Positions 1 through 12,829 are shown, numbered from the stretch's first letter. The stretch: DNA of 64,000 nt from Lytechinus pictus (GCF_037042905.1 NC_087245.1:34350001-34414000); one strand, 5' to 3'. Numbers and translations are program-made. Notes: generated by a model from the sequence alone, not told the origin.

Positions 1-1
1 T

Positions 2-3000
2 GTCAAGAGAACAGGCAATCTCTATGTGAACGATTCTTGACGCAAGACAAGTGAATAGACATGCATATCTCTTCACCTCACTGCGTCCCCTCTTAACCAT
101 GAAAGGCCCAAAGAAGTCCACCCCTGTAGAGGTGAACGGTGGTTTATCTGGTGTCACTCTCTCAGCTGGAAGATCTGCCATGAACTGTTCACCTCGACGG
201 GAACTTCTCTTTCTGCACTTCATACACCTTTGAAGTACCTTGCGAACAGTGGCTCCTCCTCTGACTATCCAGAACCTTTCTCTTATGGCTGATAAGGTTA
301 TGACCGCTCCTGAGTGCCCAGCCTCTTCATGATAGTGTTGGATAATCAAGTCAGTCACATGATTATCTCTTGGGAGTATAGCAGGGTGTTTTGCATCTTC
401 TGCAAGAGTAGATCTTGAAAGTCTACCACCAACTCTCAGTACTCCACCAGTGATGATGGGATTCAGTTTGTCCAGACGACCTGAGGCCTTTTGCCGCCTT
501 GTTGGTTCCCCTGATCCAGTCATCACTTCTGAAGGAAATGATCTCCGCTGAACTTGTTTAGTAATTTCAAGTTCTGCCTCTTTCAATTCCTCTGCAGTGA
601 GTCCTCGAGGTAGCCTTGCTGCTGCATCTCGATTTCTCAAGAACATCTTATACCGAAGTATCAAAGCGAAGGCTCTTTTGAGTCTATTCCAGGATGAATA
701 CCTGGTCAACAGTTCTTGCACACTGTCATTTGTTACGACAGTGTTCACATGAACTCTGTCTTTCTTTACTTCCAGGTCATCCTTCTTCAGTTCTCCCAAG
801 ATGGCTGGAGAAGATGGCCAGTTTTCTTCCTCTTGTTTGAGGAAGTCGGGTCCTGAGAGCCATCTTGGATTCGTGATAAGATCTTGAGCCTTTAAACCTC
901 GCGATCCATCATCAGCTGGATTGAGTTTAGTGTTCACATGTCGCCACTGGCTCAGTTCTGTTACCTCACGAATCTTAGCAACTCTATTTGCTACAAAGGT
1001 ATGGAACCTTCGGCTCTCATTTTTGATGTACATGAGAACAGAAGTTGAATCTGTCCAGTACGTTTTGGTAGCAATCGGTAACCTTAATTCCTCTTGAATC
1101 ATGTGATTCATGTCAACAGCTAGTACAGCTGCTGCCAATTCAAGCCTTGGTATTGAGGTGACCTTCAAGGGACTGAGTCTAGACTTACCACAAACAAATG
1201 AGCAATGTATGCGACCAGCAGAATCCACTAAGCGTAGGTAAGCCACTGCTGCATACCCAAGCTCTGATGCATCGCAGAAATAGTGGAGCTGGTAAAGTAC
1301 TTGATCTTCAAGTACTTCTGGTTTGAGACATCTTGGTATCTTGATCTCTGTCAGTCTGGGAAGATCATCAAGCCATTCTTGCCAGGTCTGGAGATCCTTT
1401 TCATCCACTGGTTCATCCCATGCTAGACCTTTCTGGCAGATTCCTTGCAGAAGAACCTTGGCTACCAAGATGAAAGGTGCTAGGAACCCAAGGGGGTCGT
1501 ATAAAGAGCTTACCTTAGACAGTATCCCTCGCCTGGTTGCAGGTCTGTCCTTCAGACTCACCTTAAAGCCGAACTTGTCGGAATCGACATCCCACAACAC
1601 TCCTAGCGTTCTCTCGATTGGGAGAGTATCCAGATCCATATCAATTACAGATGGAGCCTTTTCTGTTTCAGGTATTGAGTTAAGCACTTCTCTACTATTA
1701 CTTACCCATTTTGTTAAGCGGAATCCTCCTTTCTGCAGAAGACCTCTCAGTTGCTGGACTAGCCTCACCCCATCTTTGTCAGAGGGCACTGATTTGAGGC
1801 AGTCATCAACATAGAAGTTGTCCAGCACTGTGTTGACGACGTCTTCCTCATATTCATGTCGGTTATCTTCTGCAGTTCTTCTTAGAGCAAATCCTGCGCA
1901 GCTTGGTGATGACGTTGCACCAAAAAGATGCACCTTCATTCGATACTCTACCGGTTCTGTGGCCAGGTTACCATTTTCCCACCATAGGAAGCGGAGAGCA
2001 TCGCAATCTTTCTTCGGCACCTTTACTTGATGAAACATTGCCTCTACGTCACCAACAACTGCCACAGGTTCCTGCCTGAATCGCAGGAGTACACCAACTA
2101 AGCTATTGGTGTGGTCGGGTCCTTGCAGCAATGTGTCATTTAGTGAAGTTCCACGATACTTTGCTGCACAGTCGAACACAACTCTTACCTTGTCAGGTTT
2201 GTGAGGATGAACGACCGGATGATGAGGGAGATACCATGTACAGGAAGTCTGAAGATTTTCTTCCTTCTCCTGTCTTGGCACCTTCTCCGCAAATCCCTTC
2301 TCAATATAACCTTGGACAGTCTCTGTGTACTTGACAGCTAGATTAGAATCCTTCTTCAGCCTCCTTTCCAAGTACTTAAGACGGACTTCAGTCATATGGC
2401 GATTGTTCTCAAGTCCGGGGTCTGGATACTTCCAAGGTAGCCCTACTTCATAGTGGCCATCGACGAGCTTGATGCTTTCCTGCATGAGTTCTCTCGCTCG
2501 CATGTCTTGGATGGACTCTCCCATCCTTCCTGGATTATCCTCAACCACATGGTCTAACTCCCAGAACTTCTTGACCTGGCTTTGAAGCCTTTCATCTTCT
2601 AGCCGGGCAAAGTTCACATGGAAGGCTGTAGTTTCCTTAGACCTTGTGGTTGGCCCCATTAGCGTCCAACCTAGAGGGCAGCGTATCGCATAAGGTTCCT
2701 TCCTTTTCCCTCTCCTCTGTTCCAGGACCCAAAACGCTTCAGGGGTGTCGGCTCCTATGAGAAGCTTGACCTCCGTTGCGTCAATCGATGGGAACTCAAT
2801 ACCTCTTAAGTGTCTCCACTTAAGAAGGTCCTTGTTGTCTGGAATCAGAGAATCGGAAAGCGGTAAGGACTTCACTGTCCAGACACGTGGAATATCCAAC
2901 TCTTCCTTGTCATGGATATCCCTGACCTTGAGGCTGACCTCTTCACCTTGCTGGGAATCAACCCCATTGACAGTTGTGAGTTGAATTCGCCGTGGTGACC

Positions 3001-5062
3001 CTGTCATCCCAAGGTCTCTTACCAAATCCTTGGAGCAGATTGATATATCGCTCCCTTCATCTAGTAAGGCCCATGTCTGTACTTCACGTCCATTACCTTG
3101 GACCTTCACTGGCAAGACCCTTAGACTTACCTTTCTTTGTGAAGTTACACTGCTGTAACAGTCGCCCGCTTCTCTGCTAGAGGCTTCTTCATCTGAACTA
3201 CCGGCCCCGGTGTCTGAGTTGGATTCTTGGGAATTGCTAGACTTCTTGGGGTTAGCTTTGTCAAGTTTTCTTTCCTTGAAGAAGGATGCAGGAGCATGAA
3301 GAAGGGTGTGATGCTTCCGTTGGCATCCCTTCTCAGTACATCTAGATTTCATCATGCATCCGGACGACATATGCGAAGTTCGGAAGCAGTTATCACACAA
3401 CTTGTGCTTCCTGGTAATGTTCCTCCTCTCTTCGAAGGATTTCTTGACAAAGTTCCTACAGTCCTCTAGGTTATGCCGCCCAGAGCAGCAAAGACAACTT
3501 CTATCGCTCTTTGCTTTAGACTTACCTTTACCAGCTGTGGGGTTGCTCTGAGTCGACATTGTTGTTACCTTGAACCCTCCTTTTGGCTTTGAGGATTTGT
3601 CAGATGGTTTGTTTTTCGATTTGCCAATGTTTTGGCCAAACAAATTACTTGATAACTGGGCAGACTCCTCAATGAACATAGTCATGGCTTCAAACGTTGG
3701 AGCCATGAACCTGGTCATCATTGAGTGCGCCCTCCTTGCCCACTCGGACTGCAAGTGGACCGGCAAGAGCTGTTGGATGCGCAGAAGGTTTTCTGTGCTA
3801 TCCATGTCGGCTCGATAATTTCCTTGCGACAAAACCATCTGACATTTCCTCATGCCGCGAGCAAGGTCCCATAGTGCTTCACCGTCATTTGGTCTGATGG
3901 GCTGACGACTTAGCACCTTTTTCATGTGAGCAGTGGCAACCATGTATGGCTGCCCAAATTGATTTTCTAGAATATCCCTTGCCTTTTGGTATCCGGTCTG
4001 GGGCCCTAGGAAGACACAATTTTCAATGCTATCCTTAGCCTTACTACTACAGTATTGTATTAAATACGTTAGCTTAGCCCTATCATCACTTATCTTAGAA
4101 GCTACAGTGGCGTCAAAGCTGGAAATGAAGGCACAATAATCTAATGGGTTACCATCGAATACTTTCATTTCCGGCTTTGGCATGTTCATCACTAAGTCCA
4201 AAGCGTTAAACATTTGAGTCATGTTAGACATGGCTGCACCATCCCCCTTGACACTTTCTACCTTTACCCCTATCCCAGTGTATTCTGGGGCATTTGGATT
4301 CAAATTTGTTACCATGGGGACATGTGCAGCTTCATCAAGAGAATATCTATTATCCCTTGTTTTGACATCATTAAAAGTAGAGTCATTAACATGTATCTTA
4401 TTTGACTTATCTACTCTTCCTTGACATTCATCGTCCGATTCTTCCTCAAGACACTGAAGCTCAACTTCAGCAGCCGCGATGTCCTTGTCGGCTTCCATCG
4501 CCGCAAGCTTCTGTTCAAGCTTCAATTGTTCTTGTTTAAGTTCATGGGCCTTTGCCATGTGCTGTCTATTGAGGCGTGCAACAGCCGCCTTGGCTCTTGC
4601 TTCTCTCAGTCGTGCTGACGATGTCGAGCTCGCTACGGTGAACCGCGATGCCTTGCTACTCGACGATCGGGAAGACCGCACTGACCGCCTGTCGTCATCG
4701 ACGTCGCCGTCAACGTCGGCTGACCGACCTCCCACGTCAACTCTTTTCTCCGCTGCTTCCATCCAATCTTGTAGTCTGACTCGGAACTCTCGATTGTTCT
4801 CGACATTTCTCTCGAATTTCTCTGACGCAGCCCCCGCTTCTGCTCCACTCAACTCGCTTATGTATTCATCGCTTTTTTCCTTGTACGAGGTGAATACCCT
4901 TTCGAGCTGGAGATGCTTTTGCACGACTGCGTCCTTATTTTCGAAGTCTGCCATTAAAACCTCTAGTTCCTTGTAGAGTCGGGATAATGTCCCTATGTAT
5001 CCCCTACATGAATGCTTCAGCGAAGTGACGTTATCATCATTTGAAAAATCTGAATCTGCCAT
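2..5062 (-). CDS. BEL/Pao LTR-retrotransposon gag-pol polyprotein (runs off the window edge inside the integrase)
   Basis: Starts MADSDFSNDD at 5062 and is in the same frame as the integrase at the window edge (EQFMADLPAERVTPDKPPFTSTGVDFFGPF...CLFTCLASRIVHIE). Domains in BEL order: Gag Cys/His knuckles (CLCCSGRHNLEDC, CDNCFRTSHMSSGC, CTEKGCQRKHHTLLH, ~3290-3500), protease WALLDEGSD (~3045-3075), RT NFYVDDCL (~1795-1820), RNase H LHYFCDASELGYA (~1250-1290), integrase HHCC (~215-340). Confidence 0.95.
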   Translation of the reverse strand, partial: MADSDFSNDDNVTSLKHSCRGYIGTLSRLYKELEVLMADFENKDAVVQKHLQLERVFTSYKEKSDEYISELSGAEAGAASEKFERNVENNREFRVRLQDWMEAAEKRVDVGGRSADVDGDVDDDRRSVRSSRSSSSKASRFTVASSTSSARLREARAKAAVARLNRQHMAKAHELKQEQLKLEQKLAAMEADKDIAAAEVELQCLEEESDDECQGRVDKSNKIHVNDSTFNDVKTRDNRYSLDEAAHVPMVTNLNPNAPEYTGIGVKVESVKGDGAAMSNMTQMFNALDLVMNMPKPEMKVFDGNPLDYCAFISSFDATVASKISDDRAKLTYLIQYCSSKAKDSIENCVFLGPQTGYQKARDILENQFGQPYMVATAHMKKVLSRQPIRPNDGEALWDLARGMRKCQMVLSQGNYRADMDSTENLLRIQQLLPVHLQSEWARRAHSMMTRFMAPTFEAMTMFIEESAQLSSNLFGQNIGKSKNKPSDKSSKPKGGFKVTTMSTQSNPTAGKGKSKAKSDRSCLCCSGRHNLEDCRNFVKKSFEERRNITRKHKLCDNCFRTSHMSSGCMMKSRCTEKGCQRKHHTLLHAPASFFKERKLDKANPKKSSNSQESNSDTGAGSSDEEASSREAGDCYSSVTSQRKVSLRVLPVKVQGNGREVQTWALLDEGSDISICSKDLVRDLGMTGSPRRIQLTTVNGVDSQQGEEVSLKVRDIHDKEELDIPRVWTVKSLPLSDSLIPDNKDLLKWRHLRGIEFPSIDATEVKLLIGADTPEAFWVLEQRRGKRKEPYAIRCPLGWTLMGPTTRSKETTAFHVNFARLEDERLQSQVKKFWELDHVVEDNPGRMGESIQDMRARELMQESIKLVDGHYEVGLPWKYPDPGLENNRHMTEVRLKYLERRLKKDSNLAVKYTETVQGYIEKGFAEKVPRQEKEENLQTSCTWYLPHHPVVHPHKPDKVRVVFDCAAKYRGTSLNDTLLQGPDHTNSLVGVLLRFRQEPVAVVGDVEAMFHQVKVPKKDCDALRFLWWENGNLATEPVEYRMKVHLFGATSSPSCAGFALRRTAEDNRHEYEEDVVNTVLDNFYVDDCLKSVPSDKDGVRLVQQLRGLLQKGGFRLTKWVSNSREVLNSIPETEKAPSVIDMDLDTLPIERTLGVLWDVDSDKFGFKVSLKDRPATRRGILSKVSSLYDPLGFLAPFILVAKVLLQGICQKGLAWDEPVDEKDLQTWQEWLDDLPRLTEIKIPRCLKPEVLEDQVLYQLHYFCDASELGYAAVAYLRLVDSAGRIHCSFVCGKSRLSPLKVTSIPRLELAAAVLAVDMNHMIQEELRLPIATKTYWTDSTSVLMYIKNESRRFHTFVANRVAKIREVTELSQWRHVNTKLNPADDGSRGLKAQDLITNPRWLSGPDFLKQEEENWPSSPAILGELKKDDLEVKKDRVHVNTVVTNDSVQELLTRYSSWNRLKRAFALILRYKMFLRNRDAAARLPRGLTAEELKEAELEITKQVQRRSFPSEVMTGSGEPTRRQKASGRLDKLNPIITGGVLRVGGRLSRSTLAEDAKHPAILPRDNHVTDLIIQHYHEEAGHSGAVITLSAIRERFWIVRGGATVRKVLQRCMKCRKRSSRRGEQFMADLPAERVTPDKPPFTSTGVDFFGPFMVKRGRSEVKRYACLFTCLASRIVHIEIACSLD

Positions 5063-5101
5063 CCTTATTATTGTCTGGCAATTGCAAACTTATGTGACTT
5101 C

Positions 5102-6621
5102 TGTTAACAAATTAAGCCACAGGAGTTTAAAGTAGGATGGTAGTTTATAAATTTGATGGTCGATATTCCGAACGCACTAGAAATAAACAGTTCAGGCACA
5201 CAATTCCATACAGTTATGCTTCATTTAATCACAGCAATCAACAATGCTCCAAGTATCGCAGCAGTTCACAAATCATAAGCAAAAGATGTAAACAGTTTAA
5301 TAACTTGACGGAGTTGAGCGTAAATGAAGTATACAGATGAATAATTAAACGACGAACAATTGTACAGAATAGTGAACAGTGTAGTGAACGAAGCTAGTAA
5401 ATGAACTGAGTGTAGTAAGCGAGTGTATTGAGTGAGTGGTTTGCTGAAATATAAGAAAGAAGATAAACATATGATAAATACATGATTAACAATCATTATC
5501 AAACAACTAACGACAACAGAATATCTTCTTGATAACTAGTAAAACATAAACAAGACTATAACAATCTAATACATATCGCTCAGGTATATATACAATGATG
5601 ATACAACATAATAACTAAAATATGAACTTAAACTCATCATATACCAAAGATAAATCGGTACTAACTGTAATCCTAATACTACTAAACACAAGCGGTTGTG
5701 TAAACAGACCCCAGTCATGGTCAGAACTTCGTACCCATGGCAACCGTCAAGTTGACAGCCTTGCCACAACTTTTGCCCATTGACAAATCTGTACACTCCA
5801 GAACAAAGACGTAATAGTAGGTGCACTTGTGTGTGTGCATGTATATGGTCAAACTTTCTCTTTCTCTCTCTCTCTCTCTCCGTCTCTCTCACTCTAGCAA
5901 TCCTCTTAGGAAACCTCATTTAGAATTACTAATACATGTATATCAAATACTAATAATCAGAGTAATGTAATGTCTATTAACTTAATTACACATAAGAGAG
6001 ATGCATTAATTCATATACATTATTACAATCAGAACCAGAATTTCTCCCTTCTTAACTTAAAGAAGTATTATATAACATTAGGCGGAGTAGTATATATACT
6101 CGACTGAGATGCAGTCATCACAACTTCATGACAAACAACAATATTTATGGTTTAAATACAGAAGAAAGTCCCTTTAACTAGTACAAGATTATCAGTACAA
6201 ATATGTATAAAGTATACAAATAATATAATTTCAACTCACCAATTGTTTGACCTCCAAATCTATGCAATTTTCTTCAAGTTTTATAACAAAATGGTGAACA
6301 CGTCTTGACTGTGGAACTTTCCTTTGTCTTCTGATGCCAAGTGGGATAACTTTGTGGTATCTCCTATTTCTTGGTATCTCTGAGTCATGTTTAATTTGCA
6401 TGCTTGGCCAATGTGTTGACCAATTGGATTACTGTTGCTACCTGATTATACACTGGGCATGGTATACTTGACCAACCAGAATTAGTACATTTAGAAACAT
6501 TTTGTCACCAGGAGAGGAAAGTGAGATCCTAACCAACAGACACAAAATAACTTTGCACACAGGTAACTTTGTTCATTAATAGGCTTAGGTTTCAGACCCT
6601 ATTATATTTCATGCCGCAACA
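5102..6621 (-). mobile_element. Putative 5' LTR / leader of the BEL/Pao element
   Basis: Minus strand begins TGTTGCGGC at 6621 and has ...TTAACA at 5102, giving TG..CA ends with a TGTT/AACA inverted repeat, 40 nt upstream of the ATG. No canonical PBS seen, and the second LTR is outside the window, so boundaries are tentative. Confidence 0.35.
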
Positions 6622-7203
6622 ATAGTATTGGAATAAAAGTAATAAATATATCATGATGCCATTATGGGTAAAAGATAAAGGAGATGGGTTTCAGTTTAGC
6701 CGCTCTCCCTTCACATTTTTTGTTTTGTTTTTGTTTTGTTGTTGTTTTGTTTTTGTGTGTCGTTTATATATAATATCTTTATTCAGATTGTTGTACATTA
6801 AGTATAAACGTAGAGACTTCATTTTTTGTAGTCTTACAAAATATGGAGATATAAATATACATATTTTTTATTATGGGATAGCCTATTCACATCTTTTTAA
6901 ACAAATTATTTTATAAATCAATTTTATTATCTGCTAAGAACTTAAAAAGTCTTTATGTTTGGATTTTTTTCATGATGATCATACAATACCGCATTATTAT
7001 ACAATAAATACATGCGAAATTAACCATTTTTTGTTTTTATTATGGGTTATGATAATCTTTGTTCAAAAAATGTTTATCAGAATATATATTTCATTTCTTA
7101 TATTGCTATATACATGTACTTCACTTTATTTTGTATATTTTATTTATTACACTTGTATGTATGAAAAATGTGATATTATCTGAATAAAGGCTAAAAAGCA
7201 TTA

Positions 7204-7208
<5 letters not shown>

Positions 7209-7289
<81 letters not shown>

Positions 7290-7384
7290 GTATATATAAA
7301 TGTGTAAAGTTATACATGTACAACTGCTTTGGCAACTCTTTTATTTAATATATATTTAATATATGTATATATATATATATATAT
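7209..7384. repeat. Interrupted (TA)n microsatellite
   Basis: Long tatata runs with occasional substitutions. Confidence 0.9.
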
Positions 7385-7747
7385 AGCAGAAGACGGAAGT
7401 GAGCCGAGGGTTCTTTTCAAAATCTGATACTTTATTTCATCAAGTAATTTCATAAATAGGCGATTATAAATCATGATCATGCACTAAAAACACATACTAG
7501 TAAGCATAACATGACAAATAATGTTTTCCATGGGGGAGGGGGGCAAGATGCGTAAAAAATTAATTTGAATAAACTCGAAAAAGAGGGAAAGAAGCAACGG
7601 AGCTTGTCATGGGGCCACTTGTGCATTTTCTGAGGAGAAATTGGATTTGGTGCACAATTTTGTGAAAATTTTCTTTAGAAAATGTAAGTTTTAAAAGTGT
7701 CTGCCACCCCCCTCCCCCTTGCTTCAGTAAACTCATCAAGCTCATCA

Positions 7748-7988
7748 GGGCCCCGTCTTACAAAGAGTTGCGATTGATCCAATCAATCATAACTCTATGC
7801 AAATCCATCACTGTCGTAATTTTTTCTACAGGAAATTTGCAAAATATCCTTTGTAAACAATGAATTTATGGATATACATTCATATCTAGAATTTTTTTGA
7901 ACAAACATGCATTTTATATGTTGACATTGCTGGCCGTCCATAGTTGCGATTGATCGGATCAATCGCAACTCTTTGTAAGACGGGGCCC
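7748..7988. mobile_element. MITE with TIR GGGCCCCGTCTTACAAAGAGTTGCGATTGATCC; related copies at ~48977-49251, ~49250-49495 and a half copy at ~49930-49964
   Basis: About 30-bp terminal inverted repeats visible at both ends; family recurs in the window. Confidence 0.8.
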
Positions 7989-8667
7989 TAATTGCCATTT
8001 TTCAAGAACTCACAACCATGTCACATTCTCTCATGATAACAAAAAAACAGCAAATTTTGGAACGGAACGTGTAATATATGGAATTTCAATATTTAATAAA
8101 ATACTTTGTTATATTACATATATCAATCATTCTACTGCTGTCATCCACAAATTACCATCACCAAATAGTACCACATGATCAGCACGCTTGTACCAATGTA
8201 AAGAAAGCTTGCATGACAAAAGGGTAAATCTAACTTTTAGAGCTTGTACCTAAATATTAATGAATATTTTAATAAATTTACCAGAATATTAAAGAGTAAC
8301 TCCTCAGCTTCTCATCAATACCAACAATAATAATAATTGTCATTTATATAGCGCTTCCTCAATCTACGACTGCTCAAGGCGCTTAAATAAACATTGTTGT
8401 TGACTAGACTATTGCATACCCGTCAACATTTAGAAATGCAAAACCCAAACAACCTATGGCCAGGGGGTCCAGGGGACTGACTAAGCCCCGGCGGGGTCCA
8501 GGAGCAGACCGCCATGCGGGTGTCAAGAAGGCAGTTCCCTCTGAAAGTCCTGTATTTTAGCAACTGTAACCCCAAAGGATTGGGCCATTAAAGATGTATC
8601 AAGGACTTTGGGGCATGAATGTGTCTATGGCAGTTTTTGTTGTTGCGGTTTTGAAAGTTGAAAATCA

Positions 8668-8849
8668 GGGGGCCGTTTCATAAGGCTGTTCGTAAGTTAA
8701 AAACGACTTTAAGAACGACTGGTGATCCTTTCTTGTGGTAAAAGGTATTCACCATTGTTCATTGGTGATTGTTTTGCGCGTCAGAAAGGTTCACCAGTCG
8801 TTCTTAAAGTCGTTCTCAACTTACGAACAGCTTTATGAAACGGCCCCCA
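8668..8849. mobile_element. ~175-bp palindromic MITE (Harbinger/Tourist-like, CWG flanks); other copies 27868-28039, 28042-28212, 50677-50826, 61099-61270, related 63142-63310
   Basis: TIR GGCCGTTTCATAAAGCTGTTCGTAAGTT...AACTTACGAACAGCTTTATGAAACGGCC, flanked by CAG/CTG. Superfamily assignment inferred from the 3-bp flank and G-rich termini. Confidence 0.8.
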
Positions 8850-11063
8850 GGACAGTTAGTGGAACACGACTGTGAAACATGTAGAGGGGGTACTGCATGC
8901 ACTGGAGCACAGTAAAGGATACACAAACTTCAGGATATACCAACTGGTCTAGGCAGGAGCATCATTACAAATACTCATCTCTACCTAAAGGTTTCCACAT
9001 TCATTTATTCAGACAGTCATATATGATGTCAGTGGCATAGGTAGAAAGGTATGAACAAAAAGCCTAGGAATTCCCTTTCATATCACTGTTTTTTAATGCA
9101 TCTAAACATATATTGCCATTTTATACCGATTTTATTTTTGTATATTTGTAAACCCCGACTAGTGAGGAGAGCTTCATAACAGAAACTAGTTTTTCTTTTA
9201 GTCATCCTCAGGCACTAGTCGGTGGTAATTTCTCCCTCTTGTACATATTCTTTTTGTCTTTTGCCTGGAAATAAAAAAAATAAAAAAAAATAATAAAAAA
9301 GCTAAATTCTAATCAATAAGATCAATATAATTCACTCTCTACATTTGGATAGTTATTCTGAACAATACAAGTGATGTACTTTATGGAGTATTGCAAGTTG
9401 GGGATAACCTTATATTCATTGTATCTATGGTGATTTCACATGGTTGTAGATATCTACTTTACAATTTTAAAGGTAATGAATGATATGAACTGTCTTGACT
9501 TTTTAGAAATGAAAGTGGAGGAATGATGAATACAGAGAAAGATGCACACAAATGAAAATTGTTCTCAAAACTTATAGATTTGAAACAATAAAACATTTCA
9601 TTAACTCTTTGCACGCTGAATTAAGTTTTTTTTGGGATAATAATGACAATTGTTTCCATGTTATTTCCTTTAACTCAAGATTTCCATATTGCACCATTGA
9701 TACTTATTATTATCTAGATGTTATCCAAGAACTATTGCCTTTTATTAGCTTATCTAATTTGAAGGTAGGGGAGAAAACTAATTATTACTATTGATGTATT
9801 TATTTGTACGAATGTGCAAGATTGCAACATCAACGCGCAAAGACTTAAAGAAAAAAACTACTCACGTTCCTCAAATTATTACTCACCAATTATTTTAACA
9901 ACAAAGGACATGGGTTTTAGAGTTGATTTCATGAATTTATACATGTAAGCAACTTGAGGCACTTGTTTACATTTATGGATTTTTGGCAAACCAGTTGACA
10001 ATCATAAATATAACATAAATTGCATCAATAAATGTACTTACACTATAGAGGATATCAATTTGAGAAAAATCTAAATGACTATTTTAAGAATTCTCTTACA
10101 TTTAAATAACTATAGCGGGGTGTAAAATAGAGATTTGTCTAAGATTAATTTGGCGCATTGCCCCAAAAGTGATAGGACCAGTTTGGGGAAGGGTTTTCTC
10201 TCCAGAAAGTGTGCCAATATCTAAAGGCTATCACAATGCACAACAAGGAGATGAGGGGGGGGGAACACGCACATGCATCCTGTGCCTCCTTGGCTCAAGA
10301 TTTGTAGAAGCACCATATCAAATCTGATTATTGGTTTGCAGTCACCATGCCCTGGTTTGTGAGAACATACTCTAGTGGTTTGAATATTGAATGAGCTTCA
10401 CTGAATTCACTTAGCAATTGATGAGCAAATACAGGCATTTGGGCTTGATTTTTCTCAAGATTCATAGAGTTGGTAAAAATTAAATTAGAGACTGTACATA
10501 AAGACTAGATTTCTGAGAACGGCCCATTCAATAAATGAATATTGATTTTCTAGAATTTTGAATATATCATTTTCATCAACTTTTCAATGACATTCTCTTT
10601 TATTTTCATTGTCTTCCAATACCTTATCATTTTAGAGCCTTGTCTATACACAATATAATTCTTTAAAGATCTTGATAATGAAATTTGAATGCAATCTTTA
10701 TATCACACACTCATATCCTTTTTTTATTTCATCTCATCTTTTACAAGCAGTCACTTTAATAGCAGGGATGCCAGTCAGTCACTGGGACTGAACAGATGCC
10801 TGAACAAATCAAAGCCCCATGTAGGCTTTATAATGAAAAGCCTAAAAAGGATGGGGAGTTTTCAGGGCCTAAAGCAGGCAAAGAGCCCAAAGACTGGCAT
10901 CCCTGCTTTAGACAGTTTCATTCTCTTTCAAACTTACGGGCACCTTACCAAAAGCCAGGGTAGTGCCTTTCACACAAGAATCCGCAAGGAATCTCTTCAT
11001 CGATGTTCCTCATATTTATCAAACAACAAAATGGTGAATGCAAGGAAAGCAGCAGTAAAAGAG

Positions 11064-11357
11064 ATAATAATAATAATAGTCAGTTCTTGTATAGCGCATA
11101 ACACATTATGAATAACGTCTCTATGCGCTTTCAAAGGACTTGGATATTATTATCCCGGCTGTAGCTCAAGCAGCTAGCTTCCAGCACTCGGCATTTCAAG
11201 GAATAAATTCCTGCCAGGTACCTATTCACCTCACCTGGGTTGAGTGCAGCACAATGTGGACAAATTTCTTGCTGAAGGAAACTACGCCATGGCTGGGATT
11301 TGAACCCACGACCCTCTGTTTCAAAGTCTGGAGACTAATCCACGGGGCCACAACGCT
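11064..11357 (-). mobile_element. tRNA-derived SINE
   Basis: Minus-strand head with A box (TGGCCCCGTGG) and B box (GGTTCAAATCC), a central body, and a 3' end GCGCTATACAAGAACTGAC(TAT)n of the L2-type tail form. Confidence 0.75.
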
Positions 11358-11574
11358 GTCTTAATAACAGGACTTCTGCAGTAAGACACAGCACATACTT
11401 CTGGTAAGGTCCCTTTCATCTCTGGAAGAGCAAAATAATTTCCTGTTTCTTTTTAAAAATCATTCATTTAGTGTGTTACATCTCTCTTCATCTTGATGAT
11501 AGAATACACATCTGATATCTCTGCTGGAGCAAAGTTCCCTTCACTTGCAGTGTCCGTGATAACAAACAGCGCCC

Positions 11575-11621
11575 TCATAAGTTGCTTTTCCAACGGAACT
11601 TCTCATCTGATGCCACCCTCA
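11575..11621 (-). CDS. LACTB2: LACTB2 exon 7 (last coding exon, (V)RVASDEKFRWKSNL*)
   Basis: Acceptor ttaactag; phase 1 matches exon 6; TGA at 11577-11575. Total CDS 870 nt = 289 aa plus stop. Confidence 0.85.
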
Positions 11622-11954
11622 CTAGTTAAAAAAAATAGGAAGCAAAAGAAATGAGATTTATTGAATTATCTTATTACAGCATATTTACCTTTCATATTAT
11701 ACAATATATAATCATTGTATTATATTATATGCAATCTACCAAAACAAAATAAATTCTTCAGAAAATATTTTGCAAAACTATTTTCCAGTTTAAAATCTAC
11801 ATGTATATAGAGATCAGTACACTTCACATAATGGTGGGGTAATTTCAGTGATAAGATGACCCTCTCCAATTAATTGCTGTACAAATTCTTTTTTTTTTCT
11901 TGGTTCCTTTTTTTTCTTGGAGGGTTGTAAAGCTATCCCTGCAAATCATCTTAC

Positions 11955-12036
11955 CAATCTTTCCTTCTTTCTGTAATTTCTCTAGATGATGTGAGACATT
12001 CCTTGCAGCAGCAGGGTGAAGGATCTCTGGTGTTTC
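11955..12036 (-). CDS. LACTB2: LACTB2 exon 6 (ETPEILHPAAARNVSHHLEKLQKEGKI)
   Basis: 82 nt, AG/GTAAG flanks; HL-KL-KEGKI resembles the LACTB2 C-terminal domain. Confidence 0.9.
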
Positions 12037-12829
12037 CTAAATGGAACAAAAGAAAAATAATTGTTTTTGTTTTAAAGATGAAGATCAGCAGCTATAACAG
12101 CTCTAGCCATTTGACAAGCCATTGTGATGATGATCCACAGCATTTATATTGCGTCATATTTCTGTTAAAAACATTCATAGGCGCAGGCTCATCCAATTAA
12201 GCTATTAAACATCTGCTTGAAAATAAGTGAGTTTTGAGAGGAGATTTGAAGAGTTCAATGTCAATTTCACGGAGTGAAGGAGGGAGGGAGTTCCAGAGGC
12301 CTTGTGACTATAATTCCTCGTCAAGTAGTTGCCGAGACGAGACTAGCCAATCCTCACCATTGATGCTGACGACGCCATGGAACTGGGTACATTCGCTTCG
12401 GTGGTACAGGGTTTACTGATCCCAACAACATGCTTGTTGATTGGCCGCTACCTCTCAGGTGGCGATCGCGCCTTTCACGATTAATCTTTTTTAGTTGGTA
12501 GGCGTGGAGCCTTGTCTACAGCACCATCTCACTTCCATACATGTAACTAATCAAGTCTGGGTACCGTTTCATAAAGACTTGTTATGATAACGAATGCACA
12601 ATTTCTATAACAAGTTTACCATCAGCCAATCAGATTGAAGGATTTCAGTAGCTTTAAACATTTATTGCAAATTTGGTATCATAACAAGTTTTATGAAATG
12701 GACACAAGACCACATTCCTATAAACCCTTAATGCAAGTTTATTATCAGCCAATCACATTGAATGATTTTAGTAGCTTTGAACAGTTATCGTAACAAGTTT
12801 TATAAAACAGGCCAATGAGGGGACAATAA

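Noticed and set aside
51..4976. Many plus-strand ORFs (e.g. 1323-1814, 4479-4976)
   Set aside because: Antisense shadows of the BEL/Pao gag-pol ORF; no recognisable products.
11285..11357. tRNA-like sequence (Gln-type anticodon loop)
   Set aside because: Poor acceptor stem and continuous with a SINE body and (TAT)n tail; not a tRNA gene.
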